From Octopus vulgaris (Eukaryota): a stretch of DNA of 64,000 nucleotides. Below the pieces are notes generated by a model. It was not told the origin of the DNA, ran no database searches, and saw nothing but the letters and a program-made list of their open reading frames with translations. The stretch lies in contig OX597838.1 in assembly GCA_951406725.2 (NCBI GenBank), positions 14,756,001 to 14,820,000 on the forward strand. Reading direction: 5' to 3'. Shown in pieces: positions 25,419 through 38,940 of the stretch; within the stretch, counting starts at the first letter, position 1, and each line of letters starts with the position of its first letter. Position numbers and translations under genes: made by a program.

Positions 25419-26259
25419 TATATATATATTTTTGCTGTTATTTCAAGCCAGTTGAGTGACCACATAGAGAGGCTTCTTTGTTGGCTTGTTATACACAAAT
25501 TATTATTATCGAGGTGCTATCTCCTGTGAAGGTCACTTAACCTGCTAGACTCTCCTTCAAATCATTTAGTATTTTTGAAAAGAAAAGAGATTGGCAGGTC
25601 TTGTCTGTACCAGAAGCAACCTGGGGCTAAACAACATCAACATCTAAGGAGGCATTGGCTAACAATCTTTGGAATGCATACATACTGCCTGAAAGAGTGA
25701 TATCTGGAATGTCTTTGATCATATGTCTTTGAGCCTTATTAGGGCTGACGTGAGGTTAAACAATAATCTCATTAATAGGTCAGTTGAAAGACAAACAAAA
25801 TACGTATATTGAAAGGGAATTTAACAAGGATCTAAATATAAAAAAATCAGGGATCTTCATGAATGGTTTTATTGTTGTTAAAAAGAAACCAACCCAAAAC
25901 ATTCTGGGTCCCAGTGCAGCTCTTCCACTTACCAACCCTAGTCAAGCCTTCTTACCCATGTTAAAATGGGAAATGGACCCTAAATGATGATGAAATATGG
26001 CTGAGAGATTTTGCTTTGAATTCAGTATATTAGTATTGGTTTTGTTGCCAAGAATTTGGTATTGCACAGTTGGTTTTTTCGTTGTTAAGTATGGCAGACA
26101 GTTGTTGCTATGGCCTTAATTTTATTGTTAAACAGAGCAGACAGATGTTGTTCAGAACTCGGTGTTATGTCAGTAGTATTTGCCATTTCATTTACAAAGG
26201 TTAAAATGGAAGATCTTCTTAGTGGGAGCATGTGAAGACATTTTTATTTTTATGCTTAA

Positions 26260-26425
26260 AGGTGCAGGAGTGGCTGTGTGGTAAGTAGCTTGCTAACCAA
26301 CCACATGGTTCCGGGTTCAGTTCCACTGCGTGGCATCTTGGGCAAGTGTCTTCTGCTATAGCCCCGGGCCGACCAATGCCTTGTGAGTGGATTTGGTAGA
26401 CGGAAACTGAAAGAAGCCTGTCGTG

Positions 26426-26476
<51 letters not shown>

Positions 26477-26683
26477 TTGTTTGTGTGTCTGTGTTTGTCC
26501 CCCTAGCATTGCTTGACAGCCGATGCTGGTGTGTTTATGTCCCCGTTACTTAGCGGTTCGGCAAAAGAGACCGATAGAATAAGTACTGGGCTTACAAAAA
26601 GAATAAGTCCTGGGGTTGAGTTGCTCGATCAAAGGTGGTGCTCCAGCATGGCCTCAGTCAAATGACTGAAACAAGTAAAAGAG
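26260..26683 (+). mobile_element. tRNA-derived CORE-type SINE
   Basis: Full-length family copy. Confidence 0.85.
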
Positions 26684-27134
26684 CAAAGGAAGTGATTGTG
26701 TGTGTGTGTGTGTGTGAGTGGGCTTAACAACACAAGTGTTTGTTTATTATGATTACAAAAACAGAATGAAAATTGTTTAATTTGTCACTTCCTTAGATTG
26801 TGTACGAATGAGTGTGACTGTATGCTAATCTAACTGGTGACTGTAAAAACGAGGTGCATTGGTACTTAAAGTTTCTTTATATAGATTGTAGTTGGGGTTT
26901 GAAGTATGAGAAGAATTTGACAAAGTTGGTGACAGTTGCAATATCCAGGAGTAGGGTTTCATGTTTTTGTGCAAATAGTTTATGGAAAGGAATGCATGGA
27001 ATATGGTTCTGGAAGCCTCTAATATCTATAATGAAATTGTTATTTTATAAATGTTTTGGCTTATATGAACATTTAATCCATAATTGCTAGTCTGACAAAA
27101 TATATTTTATTTCACTTACGACTCTTTAGGAACT

Positions 27135-27188
<54 letters not shown>

Positions 27189-28171
27189 CACACACACACA
27201 CACACACACACATTCATACATATATGCACATACATGTATGTATGCATGTGTGTGTATATAAATATATGTGTATATATATATATATGTGAAAAAATTTGGA
27301 GTTAACAAGAAGGCATACGGTTGGACATTTATTTCCAATCACTACAATTGTTTCTATGCAATGTAGTTCCCCATGCATGCAGGTACTTGATAATGCAACT
27401 GTTTTCCTGCATTATGAGATCTAGTTAAACTCAGGCGATATATATATATATCAAACAAGAATGTTGAATGTGACTCAGCTGGCTGGCACTTCAGACTCAC
27501 TGTCAGCAACATTCTAGTTTAAGAATGATAAATTTGCAGTCTACAAAAGTATTGAGTAACCCATCAGATTAATGTTTAAGTAAACAAATTTTTGTAACTG
27601 AGCATAAAACAAGCATTAGTATACACATACACACACACACACACACGCATACGTGCGTGTCCCCCACAAGTACACACGCAGCTGAGAATTCAAGAACATT
27701 AGGTATTGTTTAGTAGGGAGTTGGGTTAGGGTTTAATGACAAAATTGATGAAGTTGGAGAGAATAAGGCTGAATGAAGAACTGAATGTTGAATAAAGTTG
27801 AAGACTAGGTATGAAACTAGTTATTTGATATCTATGTTATAAATATTTTCACAAGATATTTCTATGTGACAAATATTGATACCACACATTTCTTTCTACG
27901 TTATATATATTGATATCACATATTTCCGTGTGACAAATATTGACACGCTGCTGTACATGTGATATATATTGTCAATATACATTTTTCTGTATGCTATGAA
28001 TGCTCATACTTTTCTCTGTGCCAAATATTGATGCAACATTCCTGTCTTATAATGTTACATGATTTTTGTTCTTTTTTTATTTGTGTTTTACCAGAGATAA
28101 GAATTTCTGATAGCCATGGTATTTTCCTGTTCTAGGCACGTGCAGTCCAGTTGGTTCCATAACCTCTCTAA

Positions 28172-28375
<204 letters not shown>

Positions 28376-29429
28376 TAAGTTCTTCATTTTGGTTTGCTCT
28401 GTCTCAGACTTTCATTATCTGAATGTATCGCTGTCGTGGTTTATGTTTTTTCTTTCTGCAAAACTATAAATTATTTCTTAATTAGCTATTTAATTTCTCG
28501 AGTAATTACCAGACACTACTTAATTCTTTTACTACCAGTCCACATCAGACAGCCTGTATTAAAGTGTTCAAATTTCAATTACAATTTCAATCAAAATTTT
28601 GTTATTACATTAACGAAGACATAAAATTTCAGAAGATATCCATCTGTCTTTTAAGCTCTGTTCAAAACTTATAAACTAATCATGTTATAATCATTCACAA
28701 AATATTTGTTAAAAAAAGAAGAAAAAAAGCAGGTAAAAATCTTACTTTGTGCACCAACATAGAGATTGGTTCATCTTTTTGCGATTGCATTTCTAATAAA
28801 CAGACTGCTTGTATGTTTAATTTTTCGGCTGTGTTATTAAGAAGCTCCTTTAGGTTACCACCTGGTTTTGGATTCGGTCCCACTTCTATAGTTCTGGGCC
28901 AACCAGTGCTCTGTGAGAGAATTTGGTTGACAAAAACTGAGTGGAAGCTTGTCATATGTGTGTGCCTTTGTGTCCCTTCACCCACCACTTGATTACAGGT
29001 GATGGTTTATGTTCCCTTAACTTAGCAGTTTAGCTAAAGATACCGATAGAATAACTACCAACTTAAAAAGTACTCTGATTTGTTTGGCTAAAACCTTTAA
29101 GGCAGTGCCCCAGCATGGCCATGGAAGAATTTAATGAAATGTTTTTTACTAAATTTCATGATATCGTTAATAAGATTTTGATGAAAATTTTAATTCAAAT
29201 ATAAACCCTTTAGTCAGCTTGGCCAAAGGTGGATTTGTATCAAAAAGGATTAAGTAATATTCCAGCCACCAACTTATATTTATACTAGATTGGATCAAAT
29301 TACCTATGTTCCGTCTACTACAGGACGAAGGCCTCAGCACATTCTCTCCACCAACCACGGTCTGATGTGGAGGCCATGAATATGAGCTTGAGATCATACT
29401 AGTTGGATGAGCTTACTCTGTCACACTGG

Positions 29430-29682
29430 TTTTTATGTAGGTAAAGGTACCTTCTCGAGTCATACTGACATATAAGGGCTGGCTTCCCAGCTTCCATGGC
29501 ATATATATTCCCCACTTGGATGGGATGCTGGTCTGTCACAGGATTTTCAGCAGCTGAGTGGACTGGAGCAATGTGAAATGAAGTGTTTTGCTCAGGAACA
29601 CAACACATTGCCCAGTTCAGGAATTGAACCACAATCTTTCGATCATGAGTCCAACACCCTAACCACTAAGCTATGCACCTCC
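29430..29682 (-). mobile_element. Older tRNA-derived SINE (second family)
   Basis: Minus-strand head GGAGGTGCATAGCTTAGTGGTTAGGG...GGTTCAATTCC (A and B boxes), then TTGTGTTCCTGAGCAAAACACTT. Related copy at ~57985-58310. Boundaries approximate. Confidence 0.6.
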
Positions 29683-30266
29683 TCAGTGATGCTTATATAT
29701 TTGTCCTTTATTAGTATTCCAGACACTGAAGTGGTGAAGTTTGATCTGTGAATGTTGAGTCTCACAGAGACAATGATAAGTGACTGAAACCTTTGACGAT
29801 TAGCTGTGCTTGAGAAGACATGTCAAGCTAAGTGAAATCATAGTTGTGCCCAGTGCTGGTGACACACAAGTGACACCTGTGTTAGGGAGACATAAAAGGC
29901 ATCCATGCTGGTGACACGTAAAATGTCCCTGTGCAAATAACACATAAAAGGCACTTCCATTAGTGACACGTAAAAAAGCATCCTGTACTCTCTCTGTGGA
30001 GTGGTTGGCATTAGGAAGGGTATCCAGCTGTAGAAATTGAGCCAAATTGGCTGGAGCCCTGTGCAGTCAAACTATCAAACCCACGCTAGCATGGAGAATG
30101 GACACTAAATGACGATGATGATGATGATTTTATTCTCCAGATTCCTAATTGTTTTGTTAATTAAAATGGTAGGCAGTATATTCTTTGGTAACAGAAGGGG
30201 TTGAAAATTTCCATGATTGATTTTGTGTGTTTTGGATAAGTCTTCTTCTTGTTTTTCACAAAACTG

Positions 30267-30301
<35 letters not shown>

Positions 30302-30314
30302 TGTTTTTCTCCAG

Positions 30315-30480
30315 AGTCAAAAGTAGTGTGCAAAGTATGGAAATCTGCCGCCGACCACAAACAATAAGTGCTTATGATCTGAATCAGAATAGTGGATCAG
30401 TGGTTGCTAACTTAGTGCCATCATCAACAGGCAATATTACAGTCACATTTAATAACCAAATCAATGGTTTGCCTCCTCAG
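30315..30480 (+). CDS. HIPK2: HIPK exon immediately after the kinase domain
   Basis: Poly-T tract then ccag|A, and CAG|gtaaca donor. Phase 2 joins the previous exon (AT+A=Ile). VKSSVQSMEICRRPQ...VANLVPSSTGNITVTFNNQ matches the HIPK VKSCFQNMEICKRR and T.TFNNQ motifs. Confidence 0.95.
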
Positions 30481-30548
30481 GTAACATTAACCATTTCTCA
30501 CTCTCTTTTTCGCTCTTTCTCTCTTTTGCTCTCTCTCCCCTCCCTCTT

Positions 30549-30601
<53 letters not shown>

Positions 30602-30753
30602 TATTAATATATATATGCAAAGTTAATCCAAACAAAAATAAAGAAAAAGTAATTTATTTTACACAAAAATATATAGTTAATCCAAACAACAACGCGAGGA
30701 CGTGGAACAAATATAGTATTATTGGACGCTCAGGAAAGAAGGGAAGAAGGAGG

Positions 30754-30788
30754 GTTTAACGTTTCGAGCGGAGCTCTTCGTCGGAAAC
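30754..30788 (-). ncRNA. Minimal hammerhead ribozyme motif, U4C core variant (Penelope-like)
   Basis: Minus strand reads GUUU-CCGACGA-A-GAGC(UCC)GCUC-GAA-ACGU-U-AAAC, with palindromic ACGU stem III and a GUU triplet. Confidence 0.65.
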
Positions 30789-31120
30789 ATAGGAGAAGGA
30801 AAGATCCCGAGAAGGGAAGACAGAGGAAAAAAATCGCCAACGGTACACACGCGGTCACATTTTTATATATATATATATATATAACAATTTAATAAATAAA
30901 ACATATGCATACATACATACATATATGTACATACCTACATCTATATGTATATATATACATGCATATATGGGTACAGGACACCACAAATAAATGTAGAACA
31001 CAACGAGAAACGAAAACATAAAATCAAACAAGGAAACGGACTTTTTTTAACAACGAAAAAACAGAGTACAAGACAAACAACACAAAGAACATTCCCCTTC
31101 TTCAGCTGCCCCTGTTTCGA

Positions 31121-31162
<42 letters not shown>

Positions 31163-31523
31163 TGGTAGACATGTGTCAGTCATTTGGATCTGAGGTGGAA
31201 ATTTTGTTCTTATATATATAGAAAACTGCAGTGTTTGTGGTGTATGCTAAGGCTTACAAAGCTGGAATATATTTAATATAAGCACACAAAAGTTGTGAGG
31301 ATCAGATTAAAGAGGATTATCTATATATATATATCTACATATATATAAACCTCAATCTTCTGATAATGCCTACTTAATTAAAAATCATTTGCAGTCATTT
31401 CACTTGATTTGTCAGTTAATGAAAGCCAATTTACCTTTAATATTTTTCTTAATTACTTCATTTAATTAACCCTGCAGTACTTACTTTTGTTGTTGAGAAC
31501 AATCATAGAATTTTTATTACATA

Positions 31524-31920
31524 TGCGTAGGAGTGGCTGTGTGGTAAGTAGCTTGCTTACGAACCACATGGTTCTGGGTTCAGTCCCACTGCATGGCACC
31601 TTGGGCAAGTGTCCTCTACTATAGCCTCGGGCCGACCAAAGCCTTGTGAGTGGATTTGGTAGACGGAAACTGAAAGAAGCCCATCATATATATATATGTG
31701 TGTGTGTGTTTGTGTGTTGTGTTTGTTCCCCCCAACATCGCTTGACAACCGATGCTGGTGTGTTTATGTCCCCGTCACTTAGCGTTCGGCAAAAGAGACC
31801 GATAGAATAAGTACTAGGCTTACAAAGAATAAGTCCTGGGATTGATTTGCTCGACTAAAGGCGGTGCTCCAGCATGGCCACAATCAAATGACTGAAACAA
31901 GTAAAAAGAGTAAAGAGAGT
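31524..31920 (+). mobile_element. tRNA-derived CORE-type SINE
   Basis: Full-length family copy. Confidence 0.85.
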
Positions 31921-32095
31921 ATACACTTACATACACACACACACATTCACTTATATGTATTGCTGCATGTTAAATATCCCTACACTGGCTAATGTTAGCT
32001 TCACTCGAAAGTCTCCTCTGTACTGTGCATGTTAGATTTTAATCATTACCTTTGAACTAACCAATAATGACTTTTTCGTCTTTCTTCTGATAAAG

Positions 32096-32330
32096 GTGGC
32101 ATCTCAAAACTTTAGTGGAACTGCTCCTCAAGCAACAGAACTTCCATATCTTCAGTATCCAGGCCAGTCAGGCACCACGTACCTGCCCTACCAACCAGGG
32201 CCACCACAAGTTGCTACCCAACAGCTTAACCAGCAACTGCCACCACAGAGAAACAGTACTCAGTTCAATCGACATGATCCATTCCGTCAACCTTTATTAC
32301 CCTCCCTGGTTGTACCTGCCCCCATTCAAG
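32096..32330 (+). CDS. HIPK2: HIPK exon, Q/P-rich homeoprotein-interaction region
   Basis: taaag|GTG acceptor and AAG|gtaagt donor. Phase 0 in, phase 1 out. VASQNFSG...HDPFRQPLLPSLVVPAPIQ(G) resembles the HIPK DPFQQALIV.PP.FQG motif. Confidence 0.9.
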
Positions 32331-32538
32331 GTAAGTTTACATCTTTTCATATGTTAACTCTCCTCTGCAACTTTCCAACCATGAGGTCCTGTGTTCAGTC
32401 TCACTCCATGGCACCTTGGGTGCCTTCTTCAGTAGCCCTGGGCTAGCAAAAGCCTCGTGAATTGATTTGGCTGATATAACTGAAGGAAGCCCATCGTATG
32501 TGTGTGTAGGTGCATGGCCCTGTGTACACATCTATACC

Positions 32539-32752
32539 TATTTCTTTATTACCCACAAGGGGCTAAACATAGAAGGAATAAACAAGGACAGACATAGGTA
32601 TTAAGTCGAATACATCGTCCCCAGTGTGCGTAACTGGTACTTAATTTATCGACCCCGAAAGGATGAAAGGCAAAGTCGACCTCCACGGAATTTGAACTCA
32701 CAACGTAACGGCAGCTGAAATACCGCTAAGCATTTCGCCCGACGTGCTAATG
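32539..32752 (-). mobile_element. Meta-domain-type SINE (5' truncated)
   Basis: Reverse complement of GTCGACTTTGCCTTTCATCCTTTCGGGGTCGATAAATTAAGTACCAG and the AATAAAGAAATA tail. Confidence 0.75.
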
Positions 32753-33013
32753 TAAGATATCCAACTAAATGTGTGTTTTTTTTACATCTAAAATAGTTTG
32801 AATGCTGATGATTCAAATCTAAAGCTGGATTGAAACATATGTAGGATTTTTTAGGGTTATTTCTCTGGTTATTTATTTTGTTGATCAAGTCCCCTTATAT
32901 CCTGAATCTTATCTGTATTACTTTTTCCTTGTGATACTAATAAATTTAACCAAGTATCCACTATATATTTTTTCTTCTCTATTTTCTTTTATTAACTTTA
33001 TATATATATATAT

Positions 33014-33290
33014 AAGCACCATCCGATCGTGGCCGTTGCCAGCCTCACCTGGTCCCCGTGGAGGTGGCACATAAAAAGCACCATCCGACTGTGGCCGTTT
33101 GCCAGCCCCGTCTGGCACGTAAAAAGCACCCACTACACTCACAGAGTGGTTGGTGTTAGGAAGGGCATCCAGCCGTAGAAACATTGCCAGATCAGACTGG
33201 GCCTGGTGCAGCCTCCTGGCTTCCCAGACCCCAGTTGAACCATCCAACCCCTGCTAGCATGGAAAGCGGATGCTAAATGATGATGATGAT
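33014..33290 (+). mobile_element. RTE-tailed retroposon
   Basis: Family modules and (GAT)n tail. Confidence 0.8.
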
Positions 33291-34168
33291 CATATATATA
33301 TATAATTATAATAAGGGCTTAGAAAAATTTTCTAGCCTATATGCTGAGAAATAGATGCTAAATTATCCCACCACTCAAAGAAGTCACAAACACACCTGTT
33401 GAATTCAATGCAACAGCTAACGGAAATTTTTAATAAAATGGGGAGTTTATTCATAAACTAACTGGAAATAAGCATAAAGTTTGAATGTTCAAATTCTTCA
33501 TTCTCCCTATTATCAAATATATATATATATATATATATGTGCCAGTGCTGCATAAAAGCACCTGTGTTGGTGCCATGTAAAAGTGTCCATGCTGGTGTCA
33601 TGTCAAAAAAAGCACCCGTGCCACTGTTGGTGTTACATTAAAAGCACCCAGTACATTTGGTAAAGTGGTTGGTATTAGGAAGGGCATCTAGCCATATAAC
33701 CCATACCAAAACAGACAAATGGAGCCCAGGGAAGCTCCCCAGCTGGCCAGCTCCTGTCAAACTGTCCAACCCACGCCAGCATGGTGAACAGACGTTAAAT
33801 AATGATGGTTACGAGAGTGGGGGGTACGTTTGTGCAGATCTTTGTGAGGATATCATGGTCGTAAACAAGCATCACCGTCATACAAGTGGTATTGTTCCAT
33901 TTCCAGTCTTCCATGAAAACATATCTGGTCATGGAGAGAATGTTACCTTACTGGGAAATAGATAAGTGTTGGCAACAGGTAGAGCATCCAGCTGTAGGAA
34001 ATCTACTTCAGCAAGTTCTGTCTGACCCATGCAAACATGGAAAAAAGTGGATGCTAAATGATGATGGTGATGATGTTGGTGTTGTTTTATAATGGTATTG
34101 ACAATTATTTATTTTTCAATATACGTCTTCCTTTGTCTCTTCTATAACGGATATTCTATTGATTTCAG

Positions 34169-34260
34169 GTCTCAACTCACCAAATCGATATTCTAATGTT
34201 GTTCCTATGGTTACACAAGCTCATCAAACACTACAACTGCAACCACAGATTATGTCACAG
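34169..34260 (+). CDS. HIPK2: HIPK exon
   Basis: tttcag|GT acceptor completes the Gly codon, CAG|gtaata donor. GLNSPNRYSNVVPMVTQAHQTLQLQPQIMSQ resembles HIPK2 NAVPIVTQA..QPLQIQP. Confidence 0.9.
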
Positions 34261-34264
34261 GTAA

Positions 34265-34310
<46 letters not shown>

Positions 34311-34843
34311 CTCTCTCACCTCCTTGCTAATATATTTTGTACTAGCCAAGTGTCCACATATTAGCCATTTTCCCATCTATACTCTATTTGAGCCAACAAT
34401 GGAACCTCAAGATAGTCACTCAATCTGTAAATGCAATCAAATCTTCACCCTATCGTTTGTCTTTTTTTGTCGAAGAAAAAATAAATAAAACCATTCCTAG
34501 TCACACGTGGTGGCTCTTCTTACAGTTAACATCTCAACTTATCAATGGACACACTATGAAATTTGTTGTTTAGCCCCAGATATTCTCTGCTCAAAAAGAA
34601 CCATGACCAAAGGCATTCTAAACATGACCATTTCACATTCTATCCAAATGTATCTAGAACTGCACTATCCAGTGTGTCCGTTTCTTCACAGACCCTTTTT
34701 TCTTTTTATTGCTGGAGCATGGAAGAAAGTACCCATGTTAGTTGTTAGCTGTCAAAACACTACACTACATCCTTCAAAACTTCCATGTTTCCTGAAATTT
34801 GCCAATGATACACCTGATGTCCTCCACCCCGTTTTCTTCTTAA

Positions 34844-35064
34844 CCCTTTCGTTACCAACCAGGCCAAAACCGCCTCTGGCTCTGAAGTACAAATGTCTTG
34901 TTTTCATAAGTTTTGAATTAAAATCTTCCACCAAACCTTAGTCACAATTTATGTTCCTGACACTAGCTTAATGATAACCAAGTTATTTTACTAAATTCTT
35001 TGTTATATTTAAGATAATTAAAAGAAACACAGAGCATCTCAAAATAAATTTGGTAACAAAAGGG
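34844..35064. mobile_element. piggyBac-type MITE (family B)
   Basis: TTAA|CCCTTTCGTTACCA...TGGTAACAAAAGGG|TTAA. The interior differs from family A. Confidence 0.8.
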
Positions 35065-36037
35065 TTAAAAACTTATTCACTGTTCACTTCCTGTGCATAT
35101 TCTATGTACTGTTCATGCCTTATTGGTTACTTTTTCTAATGAACTGTAGTATACTTAATCACTGCATACAGTAATTTCATTATTATTATTTTATCATTAT
35201 CTATAACAATGTGATTGTCATTTAGGTGCAGTGAATATTCACTTCAAAAATAAAAAGGGCTAATTAATCTCTTCTCGAGTGTAATGATATAAGGATCAAC
35301 GGTTACTGGGCCTAAACAATAATCACATAGTTAAACCCAGATCAACCCTGATTGAGCAACAAACTAGTAGAAATCAAAAGTATGTGAAGGGAAATTTGAC
35401 TATTAATTCTAGTAGATTCAATGATCCCTTATAGGCTCGCTTTTTTTATGAGTTTCAACTAAGTAGAACGGAAAAAAAATTTCAATCAATAAATAATGTA
35501 GAAACAATTGTCTTCTCTTTGAGTTTGACTACATTGAATGGGAGTATAATAATATTTAGTCTGTCACATCAAGACTTATTACAAACAGTGAAGGCTGAGG
35601 TTTAAGTTGTTATAACGACTGTGTGAGAGCATGTGAATATTTGTATCTCCTTGTGATCTTGCTTTATTGTTGTGAATAAATGTCATTCATTTCCAATATT
35701 CTTTGAAAATGTATGTCTGGCCAGGGGCAAAATATCATCTTGCTTGGAAACAAGGTAAGGGTTGGCAATGGGCAGGGCATTTGGTTGCAGAAACCTCACC
35801 TCAATAAACTCTCGGCTGACCCATGCACACACGAAAGAGAGGGTTTTAAAACGATGATGATGATGATATATTTAATACGATCTCGGTTTATCTTTACAGA
35901 CTGTCACCACCCAACATCTAACGCCGGTCATCGACAGGGGTCGTGGTCAAGTGTTCATGACGGTAAGTTATTTCACTCTACCAAATCTTCTTTCAGCATC
36001 TCTTCCCTTATCTGTCTCTGTTTGGTCCTAAAATATT

Positions 36038-36435
36038 TTGAAGACGCTCGACCTTTATTCTCTAGAAAAACGCCGCCGCCATGGTGATCTCATTCTCACT
36101 CACAACATCATAAGCAGAAAGTGTAACCTCTCGAAAGAGCTGTTCTTCACTCCTGCTCCAGAGCGTCGGCTGCGGGGTCACTCCGAAAAGCTCTATCTGC
36201 GACGATTTCATCTCAGTCGAAGGAGAGGGGCTTTCTCCGTCCGGGTTGCGGATCCGTGGAATAAGCTGCCGGACAAGATAGTGAAGATGCCAACGACTGC
36301 TCAGTTCAAATTCTCTCTTGACCAGAAATGGCCTGAACTCTTTGCATGAACACCCTCCCTGTACATAACTCCATGTCCCCCTACATGGCCTTGCTTTTTG
36401 CTTTTTGAGCCAAAAAATTAACTTAACTGAACTAA
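36038..36435 (+). mobile_element. CR1/L2-group LINE 3' fragment (RT C-terminal region, open frame)
   Basis: LDLYSLEKRRRHGDLI...RLRGHSEKL...RRGAFSVRVADPWNKLP...FKFSLD is the CR1-type ORF2 end (LxSLExRRxRGDL, RGHxxKL, FSxRVxxxWNxLP). Short TTAAC-like tail. Confidence 0.85.
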
Positions 36436-36500
36436 ATGCTGCATACATTGAATGTGTTAACTTACACTGAACTTTGTATCGAGTCATCTGTCTTTCTCTA

Positions 36501-36882
36501 GGAGCACTCCGTCGGTTACAACGGACGAGGGTTCCGGTTGATCCGATCAACGGAACAGCCTGCTCGTAAAATTAACATGTAAGTGGCTGAGCACTCCACA
36601 GACACGTGAACCCTTAACGTAGTTCTCGGGGATATTCAGCGTGACACAGAGAGTGACAAGGCCGGCCCTTTGAAATACAGGTACAACAGAAACAGGAAGT
36701 AAGAGTGAGAGAAAGTTGTGGTGAAAGAGTACAGCAGGGATCACCACCATCCCTGCCGGAGCCTCGTGGAGCTTTTAGGTGTTTTCGCTCAATAAACACT
36801 CACAACGCCCGGTCTGGCAATCGAAACCCCGATCCTACGACCGCGAGTCCGCTGCCCTAACCACTGGGCCATTGCGCCTCCA
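36501..36882 (-). mobile_element. Young tRNA-derived SINE (third family) with TSD
   Basis: Minus-strand head TGGAGGCGCAATGGCCCAGTGGTTAGGGCAGCGGACTCGCGG...GTTTCGATTGC. Perfect 13-bp TSD CTGTCTTTCTCTA (36488-36500 and 36883-36895). Confidence 0.85.
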
Positions 36883-36979
36883 CTGTCTTTCTCTACACAT
36901 ATTCTCACTAATATTTACAAAATCAAAACTCAATTTAACATGTTCACGTAATTAATTTGCCATTGCTCTTCTTTTACAG

Positions 36980-37201
36980 AATGCACCTATGAATTCCTGG
37001 CATGGAAACAGACAGGTAGTGGTGAGTTCTTGGCCACAGCAAATCCCAGCTTTAACTTCCCAAAGATCTATTCAGCAACCTGCCGCCACTGCTGTCATTC
37101 CCGACACTCTACCCACTCAGGCTGTCTCCGATAGCTGGCGCCGTTCAATTGTATTGGCAGGAGAAGATCTTGAGCAAGCGCCACCTGCAGTGGTACCCTT
37201 G
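36980..37201 (+). CDS. HIPK2: HIPK exon
   Basis: ttttacag|AAT acceptor and TTG|gtatgc donor. 222 nt, phase 0/0. NAPMNSWHGNRQVVVSSWPQQ...AVIPDTLPTQAVSDSWRRS is similar to the HIPK W.QL...AVIPET...DWR region. Confidence 0.88.
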
Positions 37202-38106
37202 GTATGCTGTTGTTGTTATTTAAAATATATCACTTTTTGTCTCTATTCCCTGCATATTGAAAATTATCCACTTCTATTTGTTTCTCACTGAATCTATGAT
37301 AAATCGGTCCAGAAAGATAGTCTTTTATTAGCCTCTGAACAAGTCTTAATGATATTAATTGTAATGTTTATATATACATATTTTCTACTTCTTGTTAATT
37401 GGGTTCGTTTTATTTATTCCACTAATTAATCAAATTTTTTTTTTTGGTCACCTATTAAGTAAAATGCAATTTTGTCTATAATTCTAAACTATGTTTTAAT
37501 TTGTCAGTTATTTTTAGTCAAGAAATGTTGTATACTATTTAGGTCCAACCAGGTCCCAAGTGTTGCACATTTAGGTTCGTCCAAGCCCCATTTGTTAGCT
37601 GTTTACGTCCATAAAGAATTTCGATATAACTAAAATGTTCTTTCTATTTTATCAAACTATAAATACCTACTCACACATCCACACACACCCCAATAAACTC
37701 GTAAACTATTTATATGTATGTATGTATGTATGTATGTATAAAGCATTCTAGTTCTGTGTGTGTGTGTGTGTGTATCAGAAGGCTTCTATCTGGAATATAA
37801 GGTATCTTTTCTCTCACGGAATAAAATAATTTATTCCAGCCTGGGAACTTATTTGCTGATAGAGGCTATGACTAATGTTGCTATTATCATTTTTTTTTAT
37901 TCTACTGTTAGTTTCCCCACTATATTTGTCTGTACTTCTGCCTCTTTTGCTCTTCATTTTGCTTGAAATCTCAGCAAAATAAAGACCTATTCTGTCTAGT
38001 GTCAACTGCTGGAATTGAATCACCATAAAAGAAGTCAACCTAGGTAACAGGGAAGTCTTGTTTCATCACAAAACTTGTTAAAAATAAGTTGTTTGTGTTT
38101 CTTTAA

Positions 38107-38325
38107 CCCTTTAGTGTTTAAACCGTCCATATCCGGCCCAAATAATCTACCTGTTTTCTGTTAAAACTGCCCAGATTTGGTATCTCACACCAACCTCTAA
38201 TGTCAATCTAAAAACAGGTGATAACATCATCGAAATCTTGGGGCTACGAAATAATGCATGATTAGCTTAAAACAATATGGATGAATAAATATTATATTTG
38301 ACAGAATAATCTGAATGCTAAAGGA
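38107..38325. mobile_element. piggyBac-type MITE (family A)
   Basis: TTAA|CCCTTTAG...CTAAAGGA|TTAA. Confidence 0.75.
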
Positions 38326-38639
38326 TTAAAGAAAGAAATGAATTAAGTGGAAGAGACTTGCCCAACAAATAACAATCGGATCAGTGTTGCTCCAGCAGAT
38401 CTATACAAGCAATGGTGTTCCAGCCATAACCATTATGTCTTTTCCTTTATATATAAGGGACCACATTGTCCAATGTATCTTCTTTTTTAAAAAAAGTCAG
38501 GTGTGATTTGAGGGAGCTTTGACTTTTGTTTCTAGCAAGTCAACTAACCAAGTAGAGAGTGAAAACACTTCTCATCCAGGCTTGTGATATAAAATGTTGT
38601 AAGTAAAGTAAAGTCTCTAGCTGGTGACTGGAGTGAGAG

Positions 38640-38940
38640 GCTGTCCTCTCAACTAATGCATTGCATGGGTGCGGCTGGATGGTGGACTCTGGTAATGATG
38701 TTATTCCACGCTGTCCGATCCATGGCTCTGGCCTTAGCATGCGCTTGAGGTTGATGTGCTGCGACTTCAAGACTTCCTCAATTTGTTTTGCCCATGTCTT
38801 CTTTGGTGTGCTGCACTGGATTCTCCATTGCATGGGTTGCTGGTCTTCCTGTGCCCATCCTGCTGATGTGGCCAAACCACTGTAGCTTATGCTGCTAAAC
38901 TCGGTCTTCAATGCTCAGCTGTTGCTGGCCTTGTTCTCAG
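38640..38940 (-). mobile_element. Degenerate RTE-clade LINE fragment
   Basis: Frameshifted WFGHISRM / PKKTW / DRTAW motifs, typical of the RTE ORF C-terminus. Confidence 0.6.

Noticed and set aside
28081-28110. Upstream acceptor ttttaccag| before the kinase exon
   Set aside because: It gives AGA TAA (stop) in phase 0, whereas the 28190 acceptor restores HIPK homology.
31085-31125. Minus-strand CTGAAGAAGGGGAA, a possible fourth hammerhead
   Set aside because: No GAAA or stem III follows the putative stem II, so it is partial at best. The GAAACAATTGT ends at ~24140 and ~27345 likewise lack a recognisable CUGANGA half.
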